From Candidatus Bathyarchaeia archaeon (GTDB lineage: Archaea; Thermoproteota; Bathyarchaeia; Bathyarchaeales; Bathycorpusculaceae): a stretch of DNA of 64,000 bases. Of the stretch, positions 1-10,066 are shown piece by piece; within the stretch, counting starts at the first letter, position 1, and each line of letters starts with the position of its first letter. A program made the position numbers and the translations under genes. Below the pieces are notes generated by a model. That model was not told the DNA's origin. It searched no databases and saw only the letters and a program-made list of their open reading frames with translations. The stretch spans positions 1 to 64,000 of the forward strand of contig JBEKKK010000002.1 of assembly GCA_050010755.1 (NCBI GenBank), given 5' to 3'.

Positions 1-1350
1 TCCTTACTTGGAAATACCACCTTTCCAGACTCGAACTTATGCTCTTCAAAGTTAACCTGTCTTTTGGCAAGAATCTTTAAAACTTCGTCAAGCCTTTTCT
101 CCGTCTGTTCTCTTCTCGTGGTTTCCGCTCTTCTTTCGTCCTCAGCTTGTGCAAGAGCCTTTTCTAGCTCTTCAATCTTAACATGGTTTTTGCCGTTTCC
201 GTTAATGACTATTGACGGCATAGCTCGAAGGTAAACATCTCTAAGCTGGTCGGTTGAAATGTAAGCACTTTCCGCAATTTTCTTGCCTACGATTTGCTTC
301 CATTGACTCTCACTAGCCACGGCACTTAATCGGTCAATCAGATATTTTCTTAGGTTGTGGAATCTTACTCTTTTTTCGCCAGCTACGAGATGAGCCTTTT
401 CGAACAGTCGTTGAAGACATTGGGTTAAGCTTTGTTCGTCCCAATCGAGAACCTTATCACTGTCTTTTGCTTCTGGGGTTCGCTCTAAAAATGCCTTAAC
501 GATTTGCACAGCGTCACTATCAAGAAATGGGTAAGCTGGAATATGCTCTTTCTGGGTCACGACTTCACCTAAGCTAATTGGTGCTTCGCCTTCGATGTGG
601 ATGCTCCGAAAATCTCCATAAGTGAAGGTTAGAAAATCGCCCGCTCTCAATCCAACACTTTTCCCAACGAGCAAAACATAACGCTCGGTAGGGCTTGCTT
701 GTTCGCTCATTTTGGCTAAGTCTTCCTTCGTAAAAAGATAGTCTTGGGTGCTTCTGTTTGTTTCTTGCAGAGTTTTTGTTTCGCTCCGAGTGAATTCGAG
801 TTTCAATCTGTGTGAAGCCAGAAAGCCTCTTATTGCCGAAGAGCCTAATGTGGCGAAGTTCTCACTCTTTCCCTTTTCAATCAACCACGCTTTGAACGCT
901 AAAACCTTTTTCTGGGTTAGTGCGTCCGTATCCGCTTTCCTAAACTCTAATGTTTCTTTCCCGTTCATGCCACTAAAATTAATCCAATACTTGAAGAGCG
1001 GCGAATAAGCGTTTTTAGAATGAGGCTTTAGACCGTTGAGAAATTCCGTAAGAACCGAGTCGAATTCTTGAGCACATTCGATTCTTTTCATTCTCTCACT
1101 TCCCTTTAATGTCTCTGGGTCTAAATGGCTCAGAGAATCCAAAAAAAGAAATGAAGCTTGAAGACTCGGTTTTTGGCTTTTCCCTCTTCTTTCCGAAAGC
1201 TCCAACAGAAAAACCCTTTTTGTTAGCACCTTAGTTCTTTCGTGTGCCCATGTTTCGAGTTTTTCCGTCTTCATGTCGTTTTTGTCTTACCATACTATAA
1301 TGCGAAACATCTATAAATAGTTTCGTGTAAACAAATCATATTGACTGTTA
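1..1350. mobile_element. Right end of a probable integrated element carrying the integrase
   Basis: Integrase gene pointing away from a junction where a chromosomal repeat copy is truncated (~1348). Confidence 0.55.
3..1091 (-). CDS. Tyrosine recombinase/integrase, partial (runs off left edge; absent from ORF track)
   Basis: Manual translation MKRIECAQEFDSVLTEFLNGLKPHS...VGKSVGLRAGDF...RVRFHNLRKY...IVGKKIAESAY shows catalytic R, HxxR and Y motifs; frame stays open upstream to ATG 1274. Confidence 0.88.
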   Translation of the reverse strand, partial: MKRIECAQEFDSVLTEFLNGLKPHSKNAYSPLFKYWINFSGMNGKETLEFRKADTDALTQKKVLAFKAWLIEKGKSENFATLGSSAIRGFLASHRLKLEFTRSETKTLQETNRSTQDYLFTKEDLAKMSEQASPTERYVLLVGKSVGLRAGDFLTFTYGDFRSIHIEGEAPISLGEVVTQKEHIPAYPFLDSDAVQIVKAFLERTPEAKDSDKVLDWDEQSLTQCLQRLFEKAHLVAGEKRVRFHNLRKYLIDRLSAVASESQWKQIVGKKIAESAYISTDQLRDVYLRAMPSIVINGNGKNHVKIEELEKALAQAEDERRAETTRREQTEKRLDEVLKILAKRQVNFEEHKFESGKVVFPSK

Positions 1351-1397
1351 AATGCAACATTACATCTGATGTAAAGAAAAAAAGGGGAGGGGGGGGC
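1348..1397 (+). repeat. Dispersed polarised repeat copy 1 (5'-truncated)
   Basis: TTAAATGCAACATTACATCTGATGTAAAGAAAAAAAGGGGAGGGGGGGGC; lacks the CAACATGG left part. Confidence 0.92.
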
Positions 1398-2032
1398 GCC
1401 CGCAACGATTTGCACATTGCAATCTCAAACAGATTCAGACCTGGAGCTCAAGGCCGCCGGACGACTCATAAGACGAGCTTTAACGCGCGCGCTAAGCGGA
1501 CACCACCGTCTGGCATGTCTATTTGAAATCTTAATTGGCCATACTGAAAACTTAAGAACAGAAAAAGCCAGACCTATCGCCGACCCCGACAGGTTGGAAC
1601 AACATGAAAAAGAAAGCACGCAACAAACCTTCCGATCTCCCAGCGCCCACCAGCAACGTCGAATACGGCGTCTTCTTCTATCAACGAAACGGATGCAAAG
1701 TGCGTGCAGAACTCTCCAAACGAACAGATTCCAAATCTGCACAATTAACCGCAGAAACAATCACAGCATAATCACACAAGTGCACGTTGTTTCTCACTTT
1801 TCTCTCATGGCTTCATGCATACTCGAGATATGCGGAACAATGCATTTCCAGGAACCTATCATCCAACGCCAGACTGTGCCCCACAAACGGAGATAATTTG
1901 AGAGAACGTGCTAACAAACCGATCCTATGTTTTTTCTTTCCCTTCGTCGAAATGCGACCTCTCCGACCTGAAGTAGCCACGCATTTGAACGAAGACGAAT
2001 AGAGCCAACACGACTTCCTGACGCCAACGCAA

Positions 2033-2198
2033 GCGCGCGCTTCTGAAATTCAGTGCTTCCAAATCTCTCATATAGTCTCATGACCAAATCTGTCTTTCTA
2101 ACTTTGCTCTGATGCCTCATGTCCAGAATGTAGTAGACAACACCTATCAACACACCCGCAGAAGCAATGGCGATAGAAACAGTCTGTATATCAATCAT
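2033..2198 (-). pseudogene. Truncated tandem paralog of the DUF4760-like gene
   Basis: MIDIQTVSIAIASAGVLIGVVYYILDMR...TEFQK matches the N-terminus of 2200-2670, then similarity stops at GCGCGCGC (2033-2040). Confidence 0.75.
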
Positions 2199-2199
2199 T

Positions 2200-2670
2200 T
2201 TACGCACCTTTTTGTTTGAGCTTCTGTTCTCTTTTCTGCATTTCATTGTAGAGGTATTCAAACCATTCGAGTATGGTAGGTTGATTTCTGATTTTCCTAA
2301 TTTCAATTACGTTGTCCTTCATTTTGAGCCATGTGTCGTTGACAGGCATGGTGAACATGTCATCTATCAATTCTATGTCTATGAGCTTTCTCTTCAGTAG
2401 AATACCGATTCCTTCAAAGAACAAACCTACTGCACTCACTTCGGTCGAACCGTACTTCTCATTATATTCACGATAATTCTTGGCTTCTCTGTTCAGAATG
2501 TCATGCCAAATTCTTTGGAATTCAAGACTGTTGAACTGTGAATAGAGGCTCATCACAAGGTTCGTTTGTCTTTGTCTAGCCTGATTTCTCATATCTAGAA
2601 TGTAGTATACAACACCAACTAACACACCTGCTGCAGCTACTACTGCTGAGACCTCTGTAATGTCAACCAT
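2200..2670 (-). CDS. DUF4760-like membrane-anchored protein
   Basis: N-terminal TM helix followed by FFEGIGILLKRKLID and EWFEYLY motifs. Confidence 0.8.
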   Translation of the reverse strand: MVDITEVSAVVAAAGVLVGVVYYILDMRNQARQRQTNLVMSLYSQFNSLEFQRIWHDILNREAKNYREYNEKYGSTEVSAVGLFFEGIGILLKRKLIDIELIDDMFTMPVNDTWLKMKDNVIEIRKIRNQPTILEWFEYLYNEMQKREQKLKQKGA

Positions 2671-2859
2671 CGGAGATACCGATTAGTTCTATTCGGATAG
2701 GTTCAGCTATAACTTTTCCGCAAAACCGCAGGCGTGAACCTAAAAACAAGAAGAAGAAGAAAAAGATAAAACTTTATCCAACGCATAGTAAACGTGCTCC
2801 AATGATAAGTCGCCGTAGAGTTAATACAATCCGAAAGTGACTTTCAACTGGCGAGAAAT

Positions 2860-3303
2860 ATGGAAAGTTTCCTAAACAATCTAGTTGGCAGGTAGAATCT
2901 TCGTGGCAAGATGGGTGACAAAAATCTGTTGCAGAAGGCTGTAGGGCGATGGGTTCTGAACGACTTGTTTCTTGAACTCCGTTTCAAGGCAATACAAATT
3001 GGAAAAGAAGGCAACCCGCCGTATGAAGCAATATATCTCATAGGCTGCGACAACAAAACTGGAGACTATGTCCTGAACTTGTTTGACACTTTCGGAGTAA
3101 CGTCGAAACCAGTTCCAGGTCTAGGAAAATTGGAGCACAATGCCATCCGTTTCGTATTCACTCATGACACTAGTCTCTTCATAAACGTGTTCACATGGTA
3201 TCCGAGAAAACGTTCTTGGACTATGTTGCTGACCTCCCAAAAAGAGGGAAAAACAAAGATTTTCGCAAAGAAAGAGATGACACTGTCGATCAGTCATTCG
3301 TAA
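2860..3303 (+). CDS. DUF1579-like hypothetical protein with in-frame TAG at 2893-2895 (possible pseudogene)
   Basis: ATG 2860 MESFLNNLVGR*NLRGKM is in frame with ORF 2911-3303; the stop falls where W is expected in LVGxW. Confidence 0.55.
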
Positions 3304-3523
3304 CCAGCACGTCCTAGCAATCTGCTTTTCTGCAATAGACCACCATCATCAAGCGTGTGTGGGTTTGGGGTTTGGGGGGGTAAAGTTTTATCCCCAAACC
3401 CAACCCCTCTCTATTAGCCCAAGTTTTTCGATAGTTCAATAGTAAATCAATGCGGTGCTCATGGAAATGATAACTTGCTTATTAGGCGCGCCAAATGTCT
3501 AAGTAAAAGGGGCACGCCAGAGC

Positions 3524-4246
3524 ATGTCAAATGAGCCGACGCATGAAGGCGCCAAGGTTAAGATGCGCATCGCGCCTGAGTCGTTTTCAGACATTATTTT
3601 CGGATTGGCTCTTTCAATAGGTTCGCTGGTCCTGATTCAAAATCAAATAAGAACTTGGAATGATTTTGTCGGCAACATCTTCGTCTTTGGCTTCAGCTTC
3701 CTGATTATTGCGTCAACTTGGGTGCTGTTCTCGAGGACCATCAGCCAACTTTCAACAGAAAGCAATTCTGTTTTGTTGCTCAATCTTGCTTTGTTTTTCT
3801 GCGTTGCCTTAGAACCTTATCTTTTCTATCTGCTTTGGAACAACTCGCCTGCAATTGTGAGTCTTCTAGGAGCAACCTCTGCTACTTACGCGCTTGATGT
3901 AGGTTTCATGTTCATGATTCTGGCAACCCTAGGGTTGGTTGTTGTCAGGCAGAATGCCGATGGCGGAAAAGTTCCCCTGCGAAATCTCAATACCTTAAGA
4001 CGCGACATCGTTGCTAGGTACGCTGTTGGCTTAGCGTTCCTGCTTTCCGCCGCCCCAATTTTCTGGATTCCCACTCCAATTGCAACACAACACTTGAGGA
4101 GCTTGATTTGGTATGCTTCGTTTGTCAGCTTTTTTATTGCACATGGCTCCGGTATTAGGGAAAAAATCAAGCATCGAAAACCTGCAATAAAACCTCAAAT
4201 TGAGAAAAAAGAGTCGCCTAGCAGCCAAAAACCACAGAATAGCTGA
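3524..4246 (+). CDS. TMEM175/DUF1211-family membrane protein (putative K+ channel-like)
   Basis: ESFSDIIFGLALSIG motif in TM1 and about six TM helices. Confidence 0.75.
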   Translation: MSNEPTHEGAKVKMRIAPESFSDIIFGLALSIGSLVLIQNQIRTWNDFVGNIFVFGFSFLIIASTWVLFSRTISQLSTESNSVLLLNLALFFCVALEPYLFYLLWNNSPAIVSLLGATSATYALDVGFMFMILATLGLVVVRQNADGGKVPLRNLNTLRRDIVARYAVGLAFLLSAAPIFWIPTPIATQHLRSLIWYASFVSFFIAHGSGIREKIKHRKPAIKPQIEKKESPSSQKPQNS

Positions 4247-4425
4247 GCTGGAGAAGAACAAAGTTCGTTAAGTGAACAAGGCCACGGTCAGCCCAACACG
4301 CACCTGCATTTTTGCTTATAATCGACACACCCCGAAACGACTAACGACAGATCTCTAAATCCTCAAAAATCGAGTTTTCAGCGCGCGCTACTCAAGCTTC
4401 TAGGATAGAAAGCAGCCGCAACAAT

Positions 4426-4908
4426 TTAGTGTCGATTTAGTTCCTTCACTAAAACTTTGGCCTCAGGTGGAAGTCTGGGCTTGTTTCTTCCACTTATAAT
4501 CAAGAACAAGGACCCAACGAAAATCAGTGCCCCTCCGAAAAACGCTACACTCTCTGTGGGTAGAATTCCTAAGCTAAGTCCAACAGTGAAAAAAACCATT
4601 GCAACCCCAACAACAACCATTATCGTGTTGCTCATGGCAGCTGTTGAATACAGGGCAAATTCCTTTTTTCCCGTATCGGTCACAAGATAGTAGCCCTGTT
4701 TTTCCTCTATCATACCAGCGTTGACTAAGTAGTTCCAATCGTAGTGAAAATGCCCATCAGACTTGTAGCCCAGGGCGGAACTGATGCTTGATTTTGTCCC
4801 AGGCGCAGCTTTAATCCTACTGTTAGGAGCGGAATAAATAAGATACAGCAGTCTGGTTCTCGGCGACTGAATATCAGTACTTATCCCACGTGACTTCGAC
4901 AACGCCAA
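4426..4908 (-). CDS. Hypothetical protein, winged-helix-like N-terminus plus two TM helices
   Basis: YLVNAGMIEE...YLVTDTGK pattern followed by hydrophobic segments. Confidence 0.6.
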   Translation of the reverse strand: MALSKSRGISTDIQSPRTRLLYLIYSAPNSRIKAAPGTKSSISSALGYKSDGHFHYDWNYLVNAGMIEEKQGYYLVTDTGKKEFALYSTAAMSNTIMVVVGVAMVFFTVGLSLGILPTESVAFFGGALIFVGSLFLIISGRNKPRLPPEAKVLVKELNRH

Positions 4909-5128
4909 CCCTGCACTTGCTAAGTTGCACAGGTAAAGATAAACAAAGCTCTACACCTGCCATTTTCTTGCATATTTCTGGCTCCAGCCAAGCTTTCTGC
5001 ATATGACTCTAACTCTTAGAGCCAGCACTCTAACTGTTGGGGCCTTCTTCGAGCTTTTGTTCTAAATGTTAGGGCTATATCCCTCCTTGACTCTGTACGT
5101 TTTCAAAAAATGGGAGGAAAAGAAAAAA

Positions 5129-5821
5129 ATGAATGTAAGTCTCGAATACAGCAAGACTCTGGCCGGCGAGGGCTCAATACTCCTACTTCTGAGCCTTGTT
5201 CCCTACGCTGGCTGGATACTAGGCATAATCGGTGTAGTCCTGTTACTCAGGGGTATGAAGGAACTGTCAAACTACTACCAAGATGAAGAAATCTACAAAA
5301 ACTCACTCACGGGTGTGAAATATTACATAATAGCTCTGGTAGCGGCTGGAGTTGCGATTGCCGCAATAACAATTGGCATTGGATCCGCAACAGGTTTCAA
5401 ATTCAAAGCAGGCTTCTCACTCACACCGGCCTTCGGAATCGGCTTAACAGCTTTCTTCGCAGGGCTTATCATTGCTTTCGTATTCTATCTGCTCGCAACA
5501 TCGCACCTGAGAAAAACCTTCAACACACTCGCACAGAAATCAGGAGAATCATCCTTTACCACTGCTGGCACGTTGCTCCGGTGGGGAGCCATACTGACAA
5601 TCGTTCTCGTCGGCCTGGTACTGATATTCATCGCCTGGATATTCGCCACAATAGGATTCTTCACGATGAAACCTCAACAACTGCAGCAACCATACAATCC
5701 GCAACAACCAGCACAAACTCCACCATCAACACAACTTCAACAAGCAAAACCAGTCGAGAGCAAAGGAATGAACACAATCAAATATGCCCAATCAGAAACA
5801 CTGGAAAGGAGAGTAATTTAA
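5129..5821 (+). CDS. DUF996-family membrane protein
   Basis: GWILGIIGVVLLLRGMKELS and FTTAGTLLRWGAILTI motifs; Q/P-rich tail. Confidence 0.75.
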   Translation: MNVSLEYSKTLAGEGSILLLLSLVPYAGWILGIIGVVLLLRGMKELSNYYQDEEIYKNSLTGVKYYIIALVAAGVAIAAITIGIGSATGFKFKAGFSLTPAFGIGLTAFFAGLIIAFVFYLLATSHLRKTFNTLAQKSGESSFTTAGTLLRWGAILTIVLVGLVLIFIAWIFATIGFFTMKPQQLQQPYNPQQPAQTPPSTQLQQAKPVESKGMNTIKYAQSETLERRVI

Positions 5822-6387
5822 TGGCTCAGGAAGTTGAAGTTGAAAACGCTGCAGACGGGAAGAAATTCGTAAGAAAACACTGGAAAATGATCGCCGTGTT
5901 CGCAGCAGCAGCCATATTGGCCGTCATAGGCGCAGTCTACGTCTTTCGATGGTTCGTAAGTGACGCTCAATCAACGGGCCTGGTGCCAGCAACTCTAAAC
6001 CTGTGGACAATGGACAATCTGGTGAGCTTCATTCTCTACGCCATCTTTTACGAGCTTATCCTAATCGGAATCCCCGTAGCAATCAGCGCAATACTGGGCT
6101 GGCAATGGTGGAAGAGACTGCCCGACGAGGAAAAGAAAGAAAACCTCCTCGGACAAAGCTCACGATCACGCAGAGCAGGAGGAGCAATATCGCCACTGCT
6201 TTTCATCGCCTTCGCCATCAAAGTCTACGTCGACGGAAACTGGAACACACCCATCGCAAGCTTCACAGTGAACTATGTCGCAGACTCAACGATAACAATA
6301 CTCGTCTGGACAGCCGCCATCTTCGCAATTCCTGCCGCAATAGCCCTCATCTGGTGGATACACCACGACACGAACAAAAAACCCTGA
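5821..6387 (+). CDS. Hypothetical membrane protein
   Basis: ATG at 5821 abuts the previous stop; four TM segments. Confidence 0.7.
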   Translation: MAQEVEVENAADGKKFVRKHWKMIAVFAAAAILAVIGAVYVFRWFVSDAQSTGLVPATLNLWTMDNLVSFILYAIFYELILIGIPVAISAILGWQWWKRLPDEEKKENLLGQSSRSRRAGGAISPLLFIAFAIKVYVDGNWNTPIASFTVNYVADSTITILVWTAAIFAIPAAIALIWWIHHDTNKKP

Positions 6388-6500
6388 ACCTTTTCCACAT
6401 AACCCCGCCGATTAAACGAATCACCCGGATTAACCGACAACGAGCAGTACAAGCAACATTAATAGCGCGCGTAGAAACACCGATTCAGAAGCACTCACGG

Positions 6501-6570
6501 CAACATGGACACATATGTGTGTCCATTACATCCCAACATTACATCTGATGTAAAGAAAAAAAAGGGAGGG
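6501..6570 (+). repeat. Dispersed repeat copy 2 (subtype B)
   Basis: CAACATGGACACATATGTGTGTCCATTACATCCCAACATTACATCTGATGTAAAGAAAAAAAAGGGAGGG. Confidence 0.92.
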
Positions 6571-6619
6571 CCTGCGGTTCAGTGCCTCTTTTCTTATCCA
6601 AGTTTTCATGGTTAACACG

Positions 6620-7039
6620 TTAGGGTTTGCTGTGAAGTTCTATCCAGACTCCGTCTGGATCTCTCACAAAGGCCAGAGTGGTGCCATCTTCATCCCAAGG
6701 CTCAACCGCTGATACAGCACCACCCGCGAGCGCTCTCCTGTAGCTTTCTCGAACATCATCACAAGAGAACGCCAAGTGATCTAGCTCTGAGCCCGTAACA
6801 TACTCCTCGTAGAATCTGCTTCCAGGCGGATAATAATTCAGCTCCAACGGATGGCTTGACCCTTTGCTCTTTAACTCCACCCAGATCCCTCCAGCCTCCA
6901 TCCTTCCCCTGCGCACTTCCTTCATGTCCATCGTTTCCGTATAGAATCTAATCGAACGTTCCAGATTTCTGACCCGAATTCCAGTATACATGAACTGCAT
7001 CATCAACACTTCGCATTCCAGACTGTACAAGTCTCTCAT
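6620..7039 (-). CDS. VOC/glyoxalase family protein
   Basis: YTGIRVRNLERSIRFY, LELNY, DHLAF and FVRDPDGVWIEL motifs. Confidence 0.9.
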   Translation of the reverse strand: MRDLYSLECEVLMMQFMYTGIRVRNLERSIRFYTETMDMKEVRRGRMEAGGIWVELKSKGSSHPLELNYYPPGSRFYEEYVTGSELDHLAFSCDDVRESYRRALAGGAVSAVEPWDEDGTTLAFVRDPDGVWIELHSKP

Positions 7040-7159
7040 GCGCGAGAGAACTAATACTGTTTTCGTCCAATCTTCATCAGGATTTCAATCTAACGTTTTG
7101 ATTCTCCTCTGACTTGGCAAAGGCTTTAAACATGATTTGCAGAATCTAAGAGTTCATGC

Positions 7160-7720
7160 GTGATCACGTTGAAAGAACTTGAGCTGAAACTAATTTCTGA
7201 ACTGATGAAGAACAGCCGCAGGAGCGACAGAGAACTGGCAAAGGCCATCGGCGTCTCACAGCCCACGATCAGCAGGTTGATCAAGAAGCTCGAAAATCAG
7301 GGGATCATCAAAGAGTACACGATGATCCCAGACTTCTCAAAGCTAGGCTTCAGTATGCTGTCCCTCATCATGCTTAAAACGAGCCCCCTTCCTGACGAGC
7401 AGATTCAGGAGCTACAAACAGCAGCGCACGAAATAGACAATCAAGAACGCCGCCCATACCTAATGATTATGAATGGAATAGGTCTCGGAAAGAATGTTGC
7501 AATCCTCACATTCCACAAGAACTACGGAGAATACGCCGCACACGTAAACAGCATCAAAGACGCAGCACATTCAAGGATGAAAGCATTCTTGGATGTCGAG
7601 GGAGCCGAGGGTTTCATAGCAGACCTCAACTTTGCAGGTCACTATCAACCAATAACATTCTCGAAAATGGCTGCCAATCTTCAAACAAAAGAGAACGAAA
7701 GCGAACCCGCAATCTACTAG
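7160..7720 (+). CDS. Lrp/AsnC-family transcriptional regulator
   Basis: LMKNSRRSDRELAKAIGVSQPTISRLIKKLE HTH followed by YTMIPDFSKLG. Confidence 0.9.
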   Translation: MITLKELELKLISELMKNSRRSDRELAKAIGVSQPTISRLIKKLENQGIIKEYTMIPDFSKLGFSMLSLIMLKTSPLPDEQIQELQTAAHEIDNQERRPYLMIMNGIGLGKNVAILTFHKNYGEYAAHVNSIKDAAHSRMKAFLDVEGAEGFIADLNFAGHYQPITFSKMAANLQTKENESEPAIY

Positions 7721-7895
7721 TATGTTCCAGACTTTCAGTTCCCTAAACTCCCAGGGGACCGTTCATGTTAAAACCTCGTAATCCAACATGAACTCAAGCC
7801 TAAACTCACACGAAGGGCCGACTTTAACGCACGTGCCATTTTGGCCCACCTTTTCGAGACGCTGCACACGCAACATAGCGCGCGCGAGAGAGCTT

Positions 7896-8330
7896 CTAGA
7901 TGATTCCGACCGCAAGTATGACGGCACCGCTGATGAGAGAGACAGCCCACATTATGAAAGTGGGCATCATCAGCCACTTCCTTCGTGCACAGGTCATTTG
8001 CTGCAGGGGCTTGAACGCCCACGAGGCAACGATAAATATCCCCAGGATCTCTGCCGCTGTACCTGTGACGACATGCAGCCAAACAGTTAACGATTGGAGA
8101 ATCGAAAGGTCTCCGATAGAATCAAAGTTAACGGAAAAGGAAGGAACCATGACGACTAACATAGTTATCGTGTGCAACACGAGAGCTAACGCAGCCAAAT
8201 AGCCATGCCTGATAAGATTCCTCTTTCCACCCTTCCTCCTAAAAAACGGAAGCCCCGGTACCAACAAAAACAGACTTACGATTTGAAGAAAGAGAACCAC
8301 AATCCCCATAGGGCTAAGCGGGACTACCAT
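7896..8330 (-). CDS. DUF420-like four-TM membrane protein
   Basis: TM helices with spaced His residues (RHG, LH, WLH); start uncertain. Confidence 0.6.
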   Translation of the reverse strand: MVVPLSPMGIVVLFLQIVSLFLLVPGLPFFRRKGGKRNLIRHGYLAALALVLHTITMLVVMVPSFSVNFDSIGDLSILQSLTVWLHVVTGTAAEILGIFIVASWAFKPLQQMTCARRKWLMMPTFIMWAVSLISGAVILAVGII

Positions 8331-8412
8331 GCCACCGAAAACGGAACTGCTATTCTTAAAGGTTTGTAAACACGCGAGCTCTCCTCTTGCCCGACTCATT
8401 CCATCGTTCTTT

Positions 8413-8486
8413 CAACATGGAAAACTTACAAAGCAACATTACATTACAACATTACATCAGATGTAAAGAAAAAAAAGGGAGGGGGC
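8413..8486 (+). repeat. Dispersed repeat copy 3 (subtype A)
   Basis: CAACATGGAAAACTTACAAAGCAACATTACATTACAACATTACATCAGATGTAAAGAAAAAAAAGGGAGGGGGC. Confidence 0.95.
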
Positions 8487-8570
8487 AAGCTTCATAGCAG
8501 AAACCGAATAATCAGACGGTAAACTCGAACAAAAGGGGCCATCGGCACGCGCCACCGTGCCGGAACCAGA

Positions 8571-8674
8571 TTTAATTCTTTCTTCGGAACACTGCCCACG
8601 TAACATGGAAATTTACGCTTACACATTACAAAGCAACATTACAATAGACGTAAAGAAAAAAAAAGGGAGGGGGC
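8571..8674 (+). repeat. Dispersed repeat copy 4 (subtype C, with 5' extension)
   Basis: TTAATTCTTTCTTCGGAACACTGCCCACGTAACATGGAAATTTACGCTTACACATTACAAAGCAACATTACAATAGACGTAAAG-A9-GGGAGGGGGC. Confidence 0.93.
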
Positions 8675-8714
8675 AACCACAACGATTCGTGCAGAGAGCG
8701 ATTATTATTCCGCT

Positions 8715-9959
8715 CTACCCAGGCTTGTACCTCAACAGAGCGGCAAAGCCTCCCAAGGCCCTGAGCTTTGCTTTCTCCTCCGACTCTGTAGATATCACCT
8801 CAACCCTCGCATCTGTCTGTGAAGCCGCATCCTCAAGAACATCTATTATATCCTTCTCCTCCACCTCATAATCAACCCCCCTGCACTTCTCACACGGACT
8901 CGAAATCATCCCCTGCACAGCCTGAACCTTCATCTTCTCATCCATTATCTTCGCCCTCGACAATCCGCACCTCTTGCACTTCACAACTGCTTCTACCATA
9001 TCCGTATTATCAGCGACAAGTGCAACATCCACCTCACCATTCTTCAGCGCCTCCAGCACCGAATCCAAGCCGGCAACTGCGCGACCATCCTGCTTGCCCA
9101 ACTCTGCCAGAAGACGCTGCACAATACTCTTCTCCTCCGGCGTGCACATGTTCTTCAGCGCCTCAGACGATTTGCTGAGCACCTCCCTCACGCCTTCCCT
9201 GCCCGCGGACTGCGTGTCAACCCTGTCCAGAAGCGCATTCTTCAACTCATAATGAAGATAATCACCCCTCAAGAAATCCTCCTTCGTCAGACCCGGCCCC
9301 CCAACAATCAACACCGTAACCCTATGATCTCCGAGAAACGCCTTCGCCGCATGCTCCGCAACCCTATGGAAAAAGTAAGCAAGATCCATATCCCGCTCTC
9401 TTTCATACCTCCTCTGGCTCTGCCCGCCCTTCCCAGACTTACCCGGAACCCCAGACGTGATATCCTCGACAAACTCGAACCGCTCACCATCAAGAATCCC
9501 GAAGCCAGCCTCCTTCGAATCCAAGGCGATAATCCCCACAACTTTTAGGTCTCTCAGCATCTCCCTAAGCGGCTCCAACCGGAAATGATCATCAACCTCG
9601 AAAAGAAACTTGGTAATCGGCTCAGGCGGAACGATTTCTTCAACGCTCAAAACCTCGCTCTCCGAATCGCCCGCGGCGAAAGTTCCAGCAAATATCGCCA
9701 GCCCATTGTCTGGAATCTCCTTCTGCAGCTTCAGATGCTGGATTACATTCTTGACGGCGTCTTGAAGACGATCCCTAACACCCTCAGATTTCACGACAGC
9801 AGAATCAGACTCCCTCTTGAGCATTGCGACTACCTCATCTATCGATTTCTCCCGAGGTAAGTAGAGCGAGACAAACTCCATTCCCCGCCCCTCTTTGTCT
9901 GACAGGCATGCCATAAGCTTCCTCAGTTTGTGCTGTTTCACGGAATTAGTGGTTGCCAT
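8715..9959 (-). CDS. Peptide chain release factor aRF1/eRF1-like protein (divergent)
   Basis: GRGMEFVSLY, GKGGQSQRRYER and LGGFAALLRY motifs plus Zn-finger mini-domain; likely start MATTNS at 9959. Confidence 0.9.
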   Translation of the reverse strand: MATTNSVKQHKLRKLMACLSDKEGRGMEFVSLYLPREKSIDEVVAMLKRESDSAVVKSEGVRDRLQDAVKNVIQHLKLQKEIPDNGLAIFAGTFAAGDSESEVLSVEEIVPPEPITKFLFEVDDHFRLEPLREMLRDLKVVGIIALDSKEAGFGILDGERFEFVEDITSGVPGKSGKGGQSQRRYERERDMDLAYFFHRVAEHAAKAFLGDHRVTVLIVGGPGLTKEDFLRGDYLHYELKNALLDRVDTQSAGREGVREVLSKSSEALKNMCTPEEKSIVQRLLAELGKQDGRAVAGLDSVLEALKNGEVDVALVADNTDMVEAVVKCKRCGLSRAKIMDEKMKVQAVQGMISSPCEKCRGVDYEVEEKDIIDVLEDAASQTDARVEVISTESEEKAKLRALGGFAALLRYKPG

Positions 9960-10066
9960 CTGGCATCCGTAAAAATGCGTTACTTTTTCAGTCACCAAAG
10001 TTGGCACCTTCGAATCAGTTACCCAAGAGACCAATTTATCAGTTTCTTCAAAATGGAAGCATTTTG

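Noticed and set aside
1417-2002. ORFs 1417-1896, 1425-1760 and 1787-2002
   Set aside because: No recognisable motifs and mutually overlapping; probably decayed sequence.
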